Assembly: GCA_963749495.1 (NCBI GenBank)
Contig: CAVVMW010000018.1
Span: 192,001-256,000, forward strand
Direction of reading: 5' to 3'
Source: an uncultured bacterium
GTDB lineage: Bacteria; Verrucomicrobiota; Verrucomicrobiia; Limisphaerales; UBA8199
DNA: 64,000 nucleotides
The translations under genes and the position numbers were made by a program. Numbering within the stretch: position 1 is the first letter of the stretch; every line of letters begins with the position of its first letter. Below are positions 10,700 through 21,238 of the stretch, piece after piece. The notes under the pieces are model-generated. The model did not search any database. It saw nothing but the letters and a program-made list of their open reading frames with translations, and was not told where the DNA came from.

Positions 10700-11447
10700 T
10701 TACTTCTCTGGTTGAGTATTAGTCCGACTTTGCCTGGTGAGCAACTCTTTAGCCTGCAGGAGGCGAGCGATCAACAGGTTGATATCGGCTTCATCACATT
10801 CGAGCTCGAAAGCCTCTACATCGACCGGTGTGTTCAACCAGGGCGGGGCGAAAAACATGAGCGGCCTTTTGCCGCCAAGGGCGTACCGTACCCTCAGCCT
10901 GAGGAAGGGCGTGGTGATCTCCTGTTCCTCCGGTGAACCATAGCGTAGGGTCACCAATTCGAAATCGAGATCGTCCAAGAGAGGCCCCACGACGGTGGAG
11001 AGCCGCTTGGCGCGCTTACGGATCGCCTCTGACGTCAGCCTGTCCCATACCGCTTGCACCTTTTTGAGGATATTCGTTTCGAAGCTGCCCTTGGACGCCA
11101 GGGTCTTCCCCGGCTGACTTGAACTCGTCACTGAAGACACCTTCCTCCAGGATGCGCGCGGCCCGGGTGACACCCTCGCTTGCCAACACCAGGCGCAAGA
11201 CCATCTGCACTTCCTCCAAGAGGCCATCGGCACGCTTCGCCTCCACGGTCACGCCACCCAGGCGCTTAGCGAAGGAAACCCGAAACTGATCGGTATCACC
11301 AATGAATCGCACGGCATTCGGCCGGGCCAGGAAGATCTGATATTTGCCCTCGCGCTGAAGCGCCTGGAGCGTGTTGACCGTCGCTTCGAAATCAGCAAGC
11401 GGCACCCCCGCTTCAATCCCTTCTGCTTTAGTCTCTTGGGTAGCCAT
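10700..11447 (-). CDS. hypothetical protein with COMM-domain-like C-terminus (frameshift near 11080)
   Basis: ORFs 11016-11468 and 10700-11233 join into one protein of about 250 aa; the COMM resemblance is by eye only. Confidence 0.6.
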
Positions 11448-11838
11448 GAATAATATCCTTACGCGCACAAACGACCGTGGTCAAGCCCAGTGGGGCGGGA
11501 CCGCGCGCTTCCACGATAGACCGTTGCTGCCCGAGGGCAGAGGAATCCAAGTGGCGTTCTGAATGCTGTGCCCGTGACTGGGAATGAATCATCGGTCGTG
11601 TTGTTTGCTGCAGGGTAGTCCGGCAGCAGCGGCGTTCAAGGACAAAGTTGGAGTGACTCCACTCCTCCGCATGATTTTGCCGGCAATGATTTTGCCTTTT
11701 CCGGAGAGTCTCTTCTCGGCCCTGCCGCTTTTCGCTCCGGCCCATCGGCGCGCGCGACAGCAGCCGGGGCGTTCCGGCAACCGGCACGATGCCGCGTCTG
11801 CCCTGTCTATATCCATTTGGTATCTCTATGAGAATGCC

Positions 11839-13038
11839 ATGACAAAGCTCCAAATCACCGCCGGTGCCCTGGTGGTCACCGCCCTGGGCGCGGCACTGGT
11901 GCTCGAACATCAAGCAAAGACAGAGCTGCGTGACGAAGTTGATGCGCTGCGCCAACGGCTCGCCCAGTCGGAGAAGCTCGGAATCGACACCCAGCGGCTG
12001 GGGCGCAAACCGCGCCTGCCCGCGCCGCCAATGCCCGTTAGGGCGCCCTCAGCCGAAGCCGCTCTGGACACCGCGCCGGCCACGAACCTCCTGGCCCAAC
12101 TGCTCGATGGCGGAGCGCCCAAACTGGGTCTCCAGCAGGTCGAGGCCTATCTCGAGCAGAATCACCGCAACGCCGAGAGCCTCCTCGCCGCGTTCCGAAC
12201 CACCGGCGACCCAAGGCTCCTGCGCGAGGCGCTCAAGAACCACCCCAACGACCCGCGCGTCCACTTCGCCGCCTACTTCGCGCCGGTCCTTGACCCCGCC
12301 CTGGGCGCCGAGTTTCCCCCGGAAGAGCGCCAGCGCCAGCTTGAGGCCCTCCAGAAGGCCGCCCCGGACAATGCCCTTCCAAACTACCTCTCGGCGTTTG
12401 ACTGCTTCAAAGCGGGCCAGACCGACCAGGCGGTCCGGGAACTCGCCGCCGCCGCCGCCAAGCCGCAACTCCAGGACTACTCGCTTGATTTTGTTCAGGG
12501 CGCGGAAGAGGCCTATCGCGCCGCAGGATATTCGGTGGCCCAGGCCAAGGCGGCGGCCGATTTTGAACTCCCCATCCCGCAGTTCGCCCGGCTCAAACGA
12601 CTGAGCCTGGATATGGCCGACCTCGTCCGCGCCTATCGCCAGGCCGGGGACGAGACCTCCGCCCAAGCGACCTTGCAAATCGGCTTGGACCTGGGCCGGC
12701 GCCTGGATGACCCGCGGGCCTTCTCGGTCATCCAAAACCTGGTTGGGACTCAAATCCAAGGCAATCTCCTGGCCACGATGGAACCCGGCAGTCCCTGCGG
12801 CGACACCGGTCAAACCGTGCAAAACCAACTCGACGCCCTTGCCCAGCGCACCCAAACCCTCAGAGGGGCCATGCTCATGGATAACGGCCAACTGCAACCG
12901 ATAAGCAGCCTCGTGCAGGGCCTTTCAGAATCCGACCTGATCAGTTTTCTCGACCGCATGAGGCTCTCCGGCACGTGGGAGGCCACGCAATGGGCGCGGA
13001 ACAGACAGCAGGCACCGGCTGCAAGCCCGAACCGTTAG
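11839..13038 (+). CDS. membrane-anchored helical hypothetical protein
   Basis: N-terminal TM segment, then coiled coil and TPR-like helices (APDNALPNYL). Confidence 0.7.
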   Translation: MTKLQITAGALVVTALGAALVLEHQAKTELRDEVDALRQRLAQSEKLGIDTQRLGRKPRLPAPPMPVRAPSAEAALDTAPATNLLAQLLDGGAPKLGLQQVEAYLEQNHRNAESLLAAFRTTGDPRLLREALKNHPNDPRVHFAAYFAPVLDPALGAEFPPEERQRQLEALQKAAPDNALPNYLSAFDCFKAGQTDQAVRELAAAAAKPQLQDYSLDFVQGAEEAYRAAGYSVAQAKAAADFELPIPQFARLKRLSLDMADLVRAYRQAGDETSAQATLQIGLDLGRRLDDPRAFSVIQNLVGTQIQGNLLATMEPGSPCGDTGQTVQNQLDALAQRTQTLRGAMLMDNGQLQPISSLVQGLSESDLISFLDRMRLSGTWEATQWARNRQQAPAASPNR

Positions 13039-13076
13039 CCGGAGGCCGGAGGCCAGAGGACAGAGTCCCCGGCGGA

Positions 13077-13222
13077 CCCCTCACCCCAGCCCTCTCCCCT
13101 TCGGAAGGGGAGAGGGAGAAGCGTCGGCAGTCTCTTGAACTTCCGCTCGTCTGCGCTTGCTCAAAGCGCCACCGAGAACTCTCCCTCTCCCCATCCGATG
13201 GGGAGAGGGCCGGGGTGAGGGG
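13077..13222. repeat. REP-like palindrome, family A
   Basis: Same arms as 3304-3449. Confidence 0.85.
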
Positions 13223-13330
13223 TCGGCCCGACCTCGGTGCTGCTCACGCTTTCACGGAGGCCTTCCAGAAGCGGCCGCTTCCTCCTTGCTTCTTCGGACG
13301 CGGTGGATCAAAGCTCCCTGGACCCTGATT

Positions 13331-14413
13331 ATGAAAGGCGCCCTTTTGAGCATGCTGTTATCGGCCTGGGTTGCTGTTGCGGCTTCGCCTTCACCGGCAC
13401 CCCCGTATCCTCACAGCACGGTCATCCGCAGCATTGTATGGCATTGGGAGACCTATACCTGTGCGGCGCTCGGAAGTGATCTGTGGCCGGTCGCCTGGGG
13501 ACCGGACGACCACCTTTACGCGGCCTGGGGCGACGGCGGCGGGTTCGGTGGCTCGGACACCGATGGGCGCGTGGCGCTGGGCTTTGCCCGCATCGAGGGC
13601 ACGCCCGACCACTGGCGCGGTTTCAACGTCAATGGCGGCAAAAATCCGGAGCACCCAGCCTCCTTCGCTCGGAAGGGCAAGACGACCGGAGTGGCCATCG
13701 TCGATGGCGTTTTCTATGCCATCGTGAACCTGGAGGACGGCGCCTGGCCCGATGTCAACCACGTGCTCGCCTGGTCCACCGACAACGGAGCTACCTGGGC
13801 CCGGGCCGAGTGGCTTTTTGCCCGGGGCGAGGGGAATTTCCAGCCGGCGAAGTTCCTCACCTTTGGAAGAGATTACGCCGGGCTGCCCGAGCCGCTCGCG
13901 GGCTATGTCTATATTTGCGGGCCCAAGCAATCGGCCGGCCGGGGCAGCGGCAATCGGCTCTATCTGGCCCGGGCGCCCAGGAACAGGCTGCGAGAGCGCG
14001 CTGCCTACGAGTTCTTTGAGAGGACCGACGCTGCCGGCCAACCGGTGTGGGTTGCCCAGAGCGCCCAGGCGCAGCCCGTCTTTGCCGATCCCAACGGCGT
14101 GACGCCCGGTTCGGTGGTCTATGACCCGGGGTTAAAGCGGTTTCTGCTCACCTGTTTCCATGCCGGGCCTGGTCAACTTGGCGTATTCGACGCGCCCAAT
14201 CCCTGGGGACCCTGGACGACCATTGCGTACTACGAGCACTGGGGCCACATGGGCGCCGAGGGCGAGGGCCTGACCTGCGGGTTTCCACAGAAATGGATGA
14301 GCGCCGACGGCCTGACGCTCTGGAGCATTTTCAGCGTGTACGGCGGCGGCGCAAAGCAGGGCATCAACGCCCATGACCGATTCAACCTGATCAAGGCCAC
14401 CCTCGAGCGGTGA
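13331..14413 (+). CDS. secreted beta-propeller-like protein (DUF4185-like)
   Basis: Signal peptide; SDLWPVAW, WGDGGGFG, Asp-box STDNGATW, APNPWGPW. Confidence 0.7.
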   Translation: MKGALLSMLLSAWVAVAASPSPAPPYPHSTVIRSIVWHWETYTCAALGSDLWPVAWGPDDHLYAAWGDGGGFGGSDTDGRVALGFARIEGTPDHWRGFNVNGGKNPEHPASFARKGKTTGVAIVDGVFYAIVNLEDGAWPDVNHVLAWSTDNGATWARAEWLFARGEGNFQPAKFLTFGRDYAGLPEPLAGYVYICGPKQSAGRGSGNRLYLARAPRNRLRERAAYEFFERTDAAGQPVWVAQSAQAQPVFADPNGVTPGSVVYDPGLKRFLLTCFHAGPGQLGVFDAPNPWGPWTTIAYYEHWGHMGAEGEGLTCGFPQKWMSADGLTLWSIFSVYGGGAKQGINAHDRFNLIKATLER

Positions 14414-14517
14414 TCAAGCGTCAAAGACCGTCAAGCAGCCTTGGCCCAAATCCTCGTCTAAGAGTTTTGAGGAACCGCGGAATCCGTGTAATCCGTGGTC
14501 CATTCCACTCTTGGTTG

Positions 14518-15303
14518 CTACAGGCCCGGCTTGCGCCGCTGTCCGGCGAGGATGGCGGCGCCCAGGGCGCCGGTGAACTGCGGTTGCGGCGGCACCTGCA
14601 CAGGGCAGCCAAACGCCGTCTCAATCGCCCGCACCATGCCCCCCTGCAAGGCCACGCCGCCGGTGAAGAAGACCGGCGGCTGCACACACCGCCCAGCCAG
14701 CGCCAGCACCCGTTGAGCAATCGCATCCTGCACCCCGGCAGCGATGTCCGGCGGCGGCACCCCTTCGGCCAGCAGCCCGATGATCTCCGTCTCGGCGAAC
14801 ACCACGCACATGCTGCTGATGAGCGCCGGCTTGCGGCTTCCCCGGCTCAGCGCCCCCAGCGTGGCCGGGTCCACCCCGAGCCGCGCCGCCACCAACTCCA
14901 GGAAACGGCCGCTGCCCGCGGCGCAACGGTCGTTCATGGCAAAGTCGCGCACGCGTCCCCCGTTCTCCAGGGTGATGCACTTGCTGTCCTGTCCGCCGAT
15001 CTCGACGATGGTTCGGGCCTCCGGCGCCAGGTGATAGACGCCCTGGGCGTGGCAGGTGATCTCGGTGATGGTCGTATGGGCAAACCGTATCGCGTTGCGC
15101 CCGTAGCCCGTGGCGACAATGGCCCCCAGCCCGGCACGGTCCACGCCCGCCTCCCGGCATGTCCGATCGAGCACTTCCGCCGCCAGTCTTTCCAACTGCA
15201 CCCCCTGGTCGGCCAGCCCGCGGCCGACGGCCTCGCCCTTCTCCTTGTCGAAAAGCACCACCTTGGTCGAACGCGACCCCGCGTCAATGCCGGCGGAGAT
15301 CAT
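14518..15303 (-). CDS. acyl-CoA dehydratase activase (BadF/BadG/BcrA/BcrD ATPase family)
   Basis: GIDAGSRSTK, ATGYGR, EITCHA, EIGGQDSK, MNDRCAAGSG, CVVFAETE. Confidence 0.92.
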   Translation of the reverse strand: MISAGIDAGSRSTKVVLFDKEKGEAVGRGLADQGVQLERLAAEVLDRTCREAGVDRAGLGAIVATGYGRNAIRFAHTTITEITCHAQGVYHLAPEARTIVEIGGQDSKCITLENGGRVRDFAMNDRCAAGSGRFLELVAARLGVDPATLGALSRGSRKPALISSMCVVFAETEIIGLLAEGVPPPDIAAGVQDAIAQRVLALAGRCVQPPVFFTGGVALQGGMVRAIETAFGCPVQVPPQPQFTGALGAAILAGQRRKPGL

Positions 15304-15514
15304 ACCCTGGAGTCTGACGTTGCACTTAGACCGCGTGGGCCGAGGGGCGAGGGGCGAGGGGCGAGGGGCGAGGGCCGGAGATCCACTCCCTCGACCCTCG
15401 CCCCGCCACCCTCGGGTGCCCGGCTCCCGATGGACCGACGTCTAATAACAGCCATAGCCCCACGTTATTGTTGTGGCCGGTTCTTGACAAGCCTTGGGTG
15501 GCCTGAGGGCGGGA

Positions 15515-15711
15515 ATGACGAATGACGAATGACGAATGACGAAGGGTCCGGGAGCGCGCCTGTCCCCGGGCGCAGCGACGTCCGGAGCCAGAGCAGCGGT
15601 CAAACACTCCAGCGCGCCTGCCCGCTCCGTCGCTGCTGCGCCCGGGGACGGGCGCACCCCGGGGGCAGTGTCCATTCGTCATTCGTCATTCGTCATTCGT
15701 CATTCGTCATT
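15515..15711. repeat. (ATGACGA)n...(TCGTCAT)n inverted heptamer arrays enclosing a 125-bp palindromic element (15548-15672)
   Basis: Direct reading; the inner element recurs at 29778-29901. Confidence 0.85.
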
Positions 15712-15767
15712 TCCGAAGTCCCTCTTCCCCTATTGCGCCCTTTCGCCCGCGGTCATAACCTTCCTGC

Positions 15768-17012
15768 ATGGCAACGCTCCAACCGGCCCGTGCGCCGGCG
15801 CCCCTGGTCTCCTATGCCTGGGCGGTGGTGCTCATGCTCTGGCCGGTGGCGACCCTGAACTACCTGGACCGGATGATGGTCGCCACCATGCGCGCCTCGA
15901 TCCGCGCCGACATCCCCAGCATCGCCAACGACGCCCAGTTCGGGGTGCTGATGGCCTGGTTTATGTGGGTCTATGCCCTGCTCAGCCCGGTGGGCGGTTT
16001 CCTGGCCGACCGTTTCAACCGGCGATGGGCTGTCATTTCCAGCTTGTTTGTCTGGTCGGTGATGACCTGGCTCACGGGTCATGCCCGGACGTTCGAGCAG
16101 ATGGCCTGGGCGCGCGCCTTGATGGGCGTGAGCGAGGCCTGCTACATCCCGGCCGCCCTGGCGCTCATCGCCGACTTCCATCCCGGTGCCACCCGCTCCC
16201 GCGCGGTCGGCATCCACACCAGCGGCGTCTATGCAGGCCAGGCCCTGGGCGGGGTGGGCGGCTACATCGCCGACACCACCTCCTGGCGCAACGCCTTCTA
16301 TTGGTTTGGCCTGGCGGGGGTGCTGTATGCCGTCGTCCTGTTGGTTCTGCTCCGCGACGCGGCCCGGCCTGCGGACGCGCCCGCGGCCAAGGCCTCGCCG
16401 CTCAGCGTGCGGGCCACCTTGCAGGGCCTGTTCGGGGCGGCCGGCTTCATCATCTTGATCATCTATTTTACCCTTCCCGCCATGCCGGGGTGGGCGGTGA
16501 AAAACTGGCTGCCGACCCACTTGGCGGCAGCGTTCGGCCTCAGGCAGGGCCCCGCCGGGCTTTCGGCGACGGGATATGTCACGCTGGCTTCGTTGTGCGG
16601 GGCGCTGCTGGGAGGGGTCCTGGCAGACCGCTGGGTGCGCGCGACCCCGCGGGGGCGCATCTTCACCAGCGCCCTTGGCACGGCCCTCTGCGTGCCGGCC
16701 CTGCTCGGCCTCGGCTTCGCCCCCTCGCTTGCCGTTGCGCTTGCGGGCATGGTGCTCTTCGGCCTGGGCTTCGGGATCTTCGACGCCAACAGCATGCCGA
16801 TCCTCTGCCAACTGGTCCGGCCCGAGTACCGCGCCACAGGCTACGGCGTCATGAACCTGGTCAGCATCAGCGCCGGCGCCTGCGTCACCTGGGGACTGGG
16901 CGCCCTGCGCGACCACGGCATCTCACTCGGCGTCGCTTTCACCCTCTCCGCCCTCCTGGCCGCCCTGGGCGCCGCGCTCATCCTGTGCGTGCGGCCCAGC
17001 GGAGACAGATAG
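15768..17012 (+). CDS. MFS transporter
   Basis: LNYLDR, GFLADRFNRR motif A; about 12 hydrophobic segments. Confidence 0.92.
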   Translation: MATLQPARAPAPLVSYAWAVVLMLWPVATLNYLDRMMVATMRASIRADIPSIANDAQFGVLMAWFMWVYALLSPVGGFLADRFNRRWAVISSLFVWSVMTWLTGHARTFEQMAWARALMGVSEACYIPAALALIADFHPGATRSRAVGIHTSGVYAGQALGGVGGYIADTTSWRNAFYWFGLAGVLYAVVLLVLLRDAARPADAPAAKASPLSVRATLQGLFGAAGFIILIIYFTLPAMPGWAVKNWLPTHLAAAFGLRQGPAGLSATGYVTLASLCGALLGGVLADRWVRATPRGRIFTSALGTALCVPALLGLGFAPSLAVALAGMVLFGLGFGIFDANSMPILCQLVRPEYRATGYGVMNLVSISAGACVTWGLGALRDHGISLGVAFTLSALLAALGAALILCVRPSGDR

Positions 17013-17126
17013 CAAAACCCGAAATCCGAATGTTCAAAACTCGCCCGTCGCGCCGGAAGGCGACGTGGTTAAGGGAGGAGATGTCCAAGATTGCCAAAGA
17101 TAGCTATGCCGTGCTATGCTCGTGTT

Positions 17127-17396
17127 ATGAAGACACAGGCGCTCAACGTGAACCTGACAGTAGAACTGCGCCGTTATCTCAAGGACCAAGTGCGCGCCGG
17201 CCGATACCAAAACGAGAATGAAGTCGTGCGCGACGCCATCCGCCAGATGCAGCAGCGCGAGATCGAGCAATTCCAACGGCTTTTTGGCGAGTACCCTGGC
17301 GCTCCTCAAGGCGAACCGACATCCGAAGACGACGAGGCCATCAAAACCGCCATCCACCGCCACCGCGATGCCAAGCGCGCAGGACAGGCGGCATGA
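17127..17396 (+). CDS. ParD-like ribbon-helix-helix antitoxin
   Basis: LNVNLT...QVRAGRYQNENEVVRDAIR pattern. Confidence 0.8.
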   Translation: MKTQALNVNLTVELRRYLKDQVRAGRYQNENEVVRDAIRQMQQREIEQFQRLFGEYPGAPQGEPTSEDDEAIKTAIHRHRDAKRAGQAA

Positions 17397-17479
17397 TCAA
17401 TCCGGACCTGGGCAAACCGTTCGGGATCGAGATGATCACACCCGCCGGCCTTCTGGCCAGGCTGCGCCAAAGCTACTGA
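17393..17479 (+). pseudogene. remnant of a PIN-family toxin (C-terminal fragment)
   Basis: 28-aa ORF coupled by ATGA: MINPDLGKPFGIEMITPAGLLARLRQSY. Confidence 0.45.
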
Positions 17480-17514
17480 GCCGCCTCGACGAAAGGGACA
17501 AAAGGGACGCGCTC

Positions 17515-18171
17515 CTACGCATCAGGCCCCAGCGCCCCCACGACCTGCGCCAGGACTTCCGCCAGTCTCCTTGCGGCAGACCGGCTCTGCTTTTGGAGTT
17601 CGAGCAGCGCGCCCACCCTGCCGGGGGATTTCGCCAAGGCCAGGGCGAGTTTGAAGGGGTCCAGTCGTTGATCGGGCGTCATGAGACGATTGAAATCCAG
17701 GGGCAGGTCCTGGCCCGGGCCGTCCAGGATGACGCGCACAGTCGCGCAAGGGATTTGTTGCTCGCGGCAAATGGCGCAAATGACTTGCGATTCCATTTCG
17801 ATCGCATCGGCGCCGGTCGCCAGCCAGGCGGCACGCTTTTCGGCCGCACCACCGATCACCTGTTTCGCGCAATGAAAGCGCACCGGCCTGGCCCCCGTGG
17901 AGGCCAGGGCCCGCTCCAGCTCCGGCGGCCCCTGGGCAGCATAGACGACCGTGCCTGGCGCCACCTCCGGGTTAAGGCCGCCCGCAAAGCCGCAGCTCAG
18001 GACCAGGCCCGGGCGCTCGCCGGCCAGGGCCGTCCGCACCGACCGCTCGGCGTTAAGCCATCCCAGGCCCGTGAGCGCTAGCCGGACGCGGGGCATCTTC
18101 GACGCCAGGGCTTCGAAGGCCCTCGCCTCCGTCTTCAGCGCGAAGAGAACGAGGATCGTTTTGGAAATCAT
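17515..18171 (-). CDS. nucleoside phosphorylase family protein (PNP/MTAN fold)
   Basis: FALKTEA, LTGLG, SCGFAGGL, AIEMES, VRVILD. Confidence 0.85.
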   Translation of the reverse strand: MISKTILVLFALKTEARAFEALASKMPRVRLALTGLGWLNAERSVRTALAGERPGLVLSCGFAGGLNPEVAPGTVVYAAQGPPELERALASTGARPVRFHCAKQVIGGAAEKRAAWLATGADAIEMESQVICAICREQQIPCATVRVILDGPGQDLPLDFNRLMTPDQRLDPFKLALALAKSPGRVGALLELQKQSRSAARRLAEVLAQVVGALGPDA

Positions 18172-18242
18172 TCGTCGTTGGTCGTTCCGCGCGTCGGACC
18201 GGTCTGACGAGTCGGACGGGTCAGACCGCCCCCCCTCCGCGT

Positions 18243-18304
18243 TCGTCATTCGTCATTCGTCATTCGTCATTCCCCTCCGCACTCCGCACTCCGCACTCCG
18301 CACT
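18243..18304. repeat. heptamer arrays (TCGTCAT)n and (CCGCACT)n
   Basis: Direct reading. Confidence 0.85.
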
Positions 18305-19022
18305 CACTTGATTCCCGACAACCGGCCCCTCCAGATCTGGTAAAGGAGCACCGTGGCCCGCACGTCGCGCAGGCAGTACTCGGCCACCTCGCGGTAATGG
18401 CCGGCCGCGATGAGCGAATTGACATCCAGGCCGGTCACGCCGTGGCTCTTGGGCGATTCGATGCCGAAGGCCTTGCAGTAGAAATCCAGGTTGAACTTGC
18501 GCGCCGCCCCTTCCCGCCCGCTGACGCCGTAGAACGTGAGCTGCTCGGCCAGGTCGCAATGGGGGTCGGTCTGGAACCGGTAGCCCAGCCAGTCTTTGCG
18601 CGAGATCGGCACGTTCAACAGCGCCGAGCGCAGGTAGATGAACGGCACGTCGAAACCCCGCCCGTTGAACGTCACGATCGTCTCGTAGTGTTTGGCCACG
18701 TCCCAGAAGGCGGTCAGCAGCTCGATCTCATCCATGCAGGCCACGAACTCGACCGGGCCGGCCTCGTCGGCGTCCTCCTGGTAATCGGCCGCCGTGAAGA
18801 GCACCTGTCCTCGCGAGGTGTCGGCGTTGAGCATGGCGATGCAGACCACCTGGGCCGTGAAGGGCCAGAGGTTGAATTGCTGCAGGATCTCCGCGTGGCG
18901 CAGGGCCCGGGCGGCTCATCGCCGATCTTCTCGCACTCGCGGAAGAGGTACTCCTGCTGCGCCTCGTCGAACTGGCCGAGCGGCAGCGCGGAGGTCTCGA
19001 TGTCGAACACCAGCTTGGCCAT
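18304..19022 (-). CDS. 3'-5' exonuclease (PolB-like/RNase H fold), frameshift near 18910
   Basis: VFDIET, VTFNGRGFDVPF, HCDL, YCLRDV DEDDy motifs over two frames. Confidence 0.85.
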
Positions 19023-19225
19023 GGCGCCCTCTTGTTCAACGGCCCGGTTCGACGATCCTTGCCTCGCCCCAAGGCCGCAACAAGGACGTCAATGCCAACC
19101 ACGTTCGCCAATCCAGTCTCAGCCTTTTCATGCCCTGCAAGGTGTACCCAAAGGCCGGGAATAGTCACTCACAAACTCACCGCCGACGTAGGGTCAGTGA
19201 AGGCGGGGGTGACACCCCGGGCAGA

Positions 19226-19371
19226 CCCCTCACCCCGACCCTCTCCCCTTCCGAAGGGGAGAGGGAGAAGTCTCGGCAGTCTCTGAGAATTCCAGGCGTC
19301 TCCCTCTTCTCAAGCCGCTGTTGACAATCCTCCCTCTCCCCTTCGGAAGGGGAGAGGGCTGGGGTGAGGGG
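19226..19371. repeat. REP-like palindrome, family A
   Basis: Same arms as 3304-3449. Confidence 0.85.
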
Positions 19372-19396
19372 TTCGCCGGGGACTCCGTTTCCGCCT

Positions 19397-19720
19397 TCAC
19401 TGACCGATTGCCCGCCGCCGGCGGATCAGGACTCCGGCCAGCAAGCCCAGGGCGAAGGCAAATCCAGCGCAGGAATAGGGGTACTGGCGCATGACCTTGT
19501 CGGTGGCCAGGGCGGCGGCCACGGCTTGGCCCTTGACCTGCGCGCAGGTGTCCTTGAGGCGCTGGAGGCGCGTGCAAATCTCCTCCCTCGACTCCGCGCC
19601 CAGGTGAACGCTGCTGGCTTGGGCAAACTCATCGGCTCCCTGCACGACCAGCATCAGGTTGTCCACCAATCCCTCGAGCGAGGTGTCCTCGGAAATCAGG
19701 TCCTTGTAATACAGTTCCAT
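19397..19720 (-). CDS. DUF883 (ElaB/YqjD-like) tail-anchored membrane protein
   Basis: TDKVMRQYPY...GFAFALGLLAGVLIRRR C-terminus. Confidence 0.8.
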   Translation of the reverse strand: MELYYKDLISEDTSLEGLVDNLMLVVQGADEFAQASSVHLGAESREEICTRLQRLKDTCAQVKGQAVAAALATDKVMRQYPYSCAGFAFALGLLAGVLIRRRRAIGQ

Positions 19721-19834
19721 GCTTTTCTTTCTGGCAAGAGTGTCAGGCCAATTTGCGGGAAAAGCAACTGCGCAGGCACAATCCACAGCAGCAAGACCCT
19801 TGCCCCCGGCCGGGCGGTTTGGCAGGATGGGGAT

Positions 19835-20884
19835 ATGCGAGCGGCTCTTCAATGTTCTGACGTTCCTGTGCTCCTGCGCTCCCGCGTCCTGCTGAGCGCG
19901 CTGTGGCTCGTGCTGGCCCTGCCGCTCCCTGTGCCGGGCGGCCAGAAACTGCGCCTCGAGCGGGCCGCGGAGTACACCGGCATGGCCGATGCCTCGGGGG
20001 CCGTGGCGGTCAACTCGAACCTCTTTGTCGTCGCCGACGATGAACACAACGTGCTGCGCGTCTATCGCGCGGACCGGCCCGGGCCGCCGGTCAGCGAGTT
20101 CGATTTCGACGCCTTCCTCGAGGTCGAAGCCAAGTCGCCCGAGGCGGATTTGGAGGCCGGCGCCCGCATCGGGGACCGCGCCTTCTGGATCGGCTCCCAC
20201 GGGCGGAACCGCGTCGGCAAGCTGCGCCTCAACCGCTGCCGCTTCTTTGCGACCGACATCAAGCTGGCGGACGGGCAGGTCACGCTCGTTGCGGCAGGCA
20301 AACCCTGCAAGACCCTGCTCGATGACCTGGAGAGTGACCCGCAGTATGCGCCGTTCCACCTCGAGGAAGCCGCCCTGCACGCGCCCAAGGACTTGGAGGC
20401 GCTCAATATCGAGGGCCTTTCCGCGACGCCCGAGGGGCATCTGCTGGTCGGGTTCCGCAACCCCGTGCCCCAAAAAAAGGCGCTGCTGGCCCCCCTCCTC
20501 AATCCCAACGAGGTCATCGCCGGCCACCCCGCCAGGTTCGGCGCCCCCATCCTCCTCGACCTGGCCGGATTGGGCATCCGCGACATCGCCCTCTGCAAGG
20601 ACACCTACCTCATCATTGCCGGGTCCTGGCACGGCGGCGGCCCTTTCCAACTCTACCGCTGGAAAGGCCCCGGCACCGAACCGGAACCCCTCACGGTGAA
20701 GCACCTGGAAAGATACCAGCCCGAGGCGATTATCATCTATCCCCAAACCGGCCTGCGCGAGGTCCAGATCCTCAGCGACAACGGCACCCGCCTCATTGAC
20801 GGCGTGCCGGCCAAGCTGCTGCCGGATCCGCGCCGCCGGGCCTTCCGCAGCTTCTGGGTAGTCGAACAAAAGGCTAAAGGCTGA
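19835..20884 (+). CDS. secreted DUF3616-like protein
   Basis: DASGAV, VADDE, DLEA, WIGSHGRN, NIEGL, GFRNP motifs. Confidence 0.8.
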   Translation: MRAALQCSDVPVLLRSRVLLSALWLVLALPLPVPGGQKLRLERAAEYTGMADASGAVAVNSNLFVVADDEHNVLRVYRADRPGPPVSEFDFDAFLEVEAKSPEADLEAGARIGDRAFWIGSHGRNRVGKLRLNRCRFFATDIKLADGQVTLVAAGKPCKTLLDDLESDPQYAPFHLEEAALHAPKDLEALNIEGLSATPEGHLLVGFRNPVPQKKALLAPLLNPNEVIAGHPARFGAPILLDLAGLGIRDIALCKDTYLIIAGSWHGGGPFQLYRWKGPGTEPEPLTVKHLERYQPEAIIIYPQTGLREVQILSDNGTRLIDGVPAKLLPDPRRRAFRSFWVVEQKAKG

Positions 20885-20906
20885 AGGCTAAAGGCTAAAG
20901 GCTAAA
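20871..20906 (+). repeat. (AGGCTAA)n heptamer array; inverted partner at 24015-24045
   Basis: Direct reading, including a mirrored variant unit. Confidence 0.8.
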
Positions 20907-21238
20907 CGGCGGACGGCAAGAACGTGTGGCCGGCTCCCCATCCAAGGGTGCTCCGCCTGCCTCCTTGAGCCACTGGCTTTGGGTGCAGGCAGCTACCACC
21001 ACGGGAGAGGGAACCGCGGGTCACGGATCAGCAGCCCGAAGGGCTTATGATCACTCAGCCCAGGGTTGAACGAAGCCGCTACGCGGCGGAGAAGACGGAA
21101 CTGCTGCGGCTCCGCAGTTCGCAGGCTGGAGGGCTGGTTTTGCGTTGGCCTATGGCCGGGACTCCCACAGACTGATGACGGTTCGCCGTGCATTGACGCA
21201 CGGCAAACCGTCACCATTAACTTGTAGGTACCGCAGCT

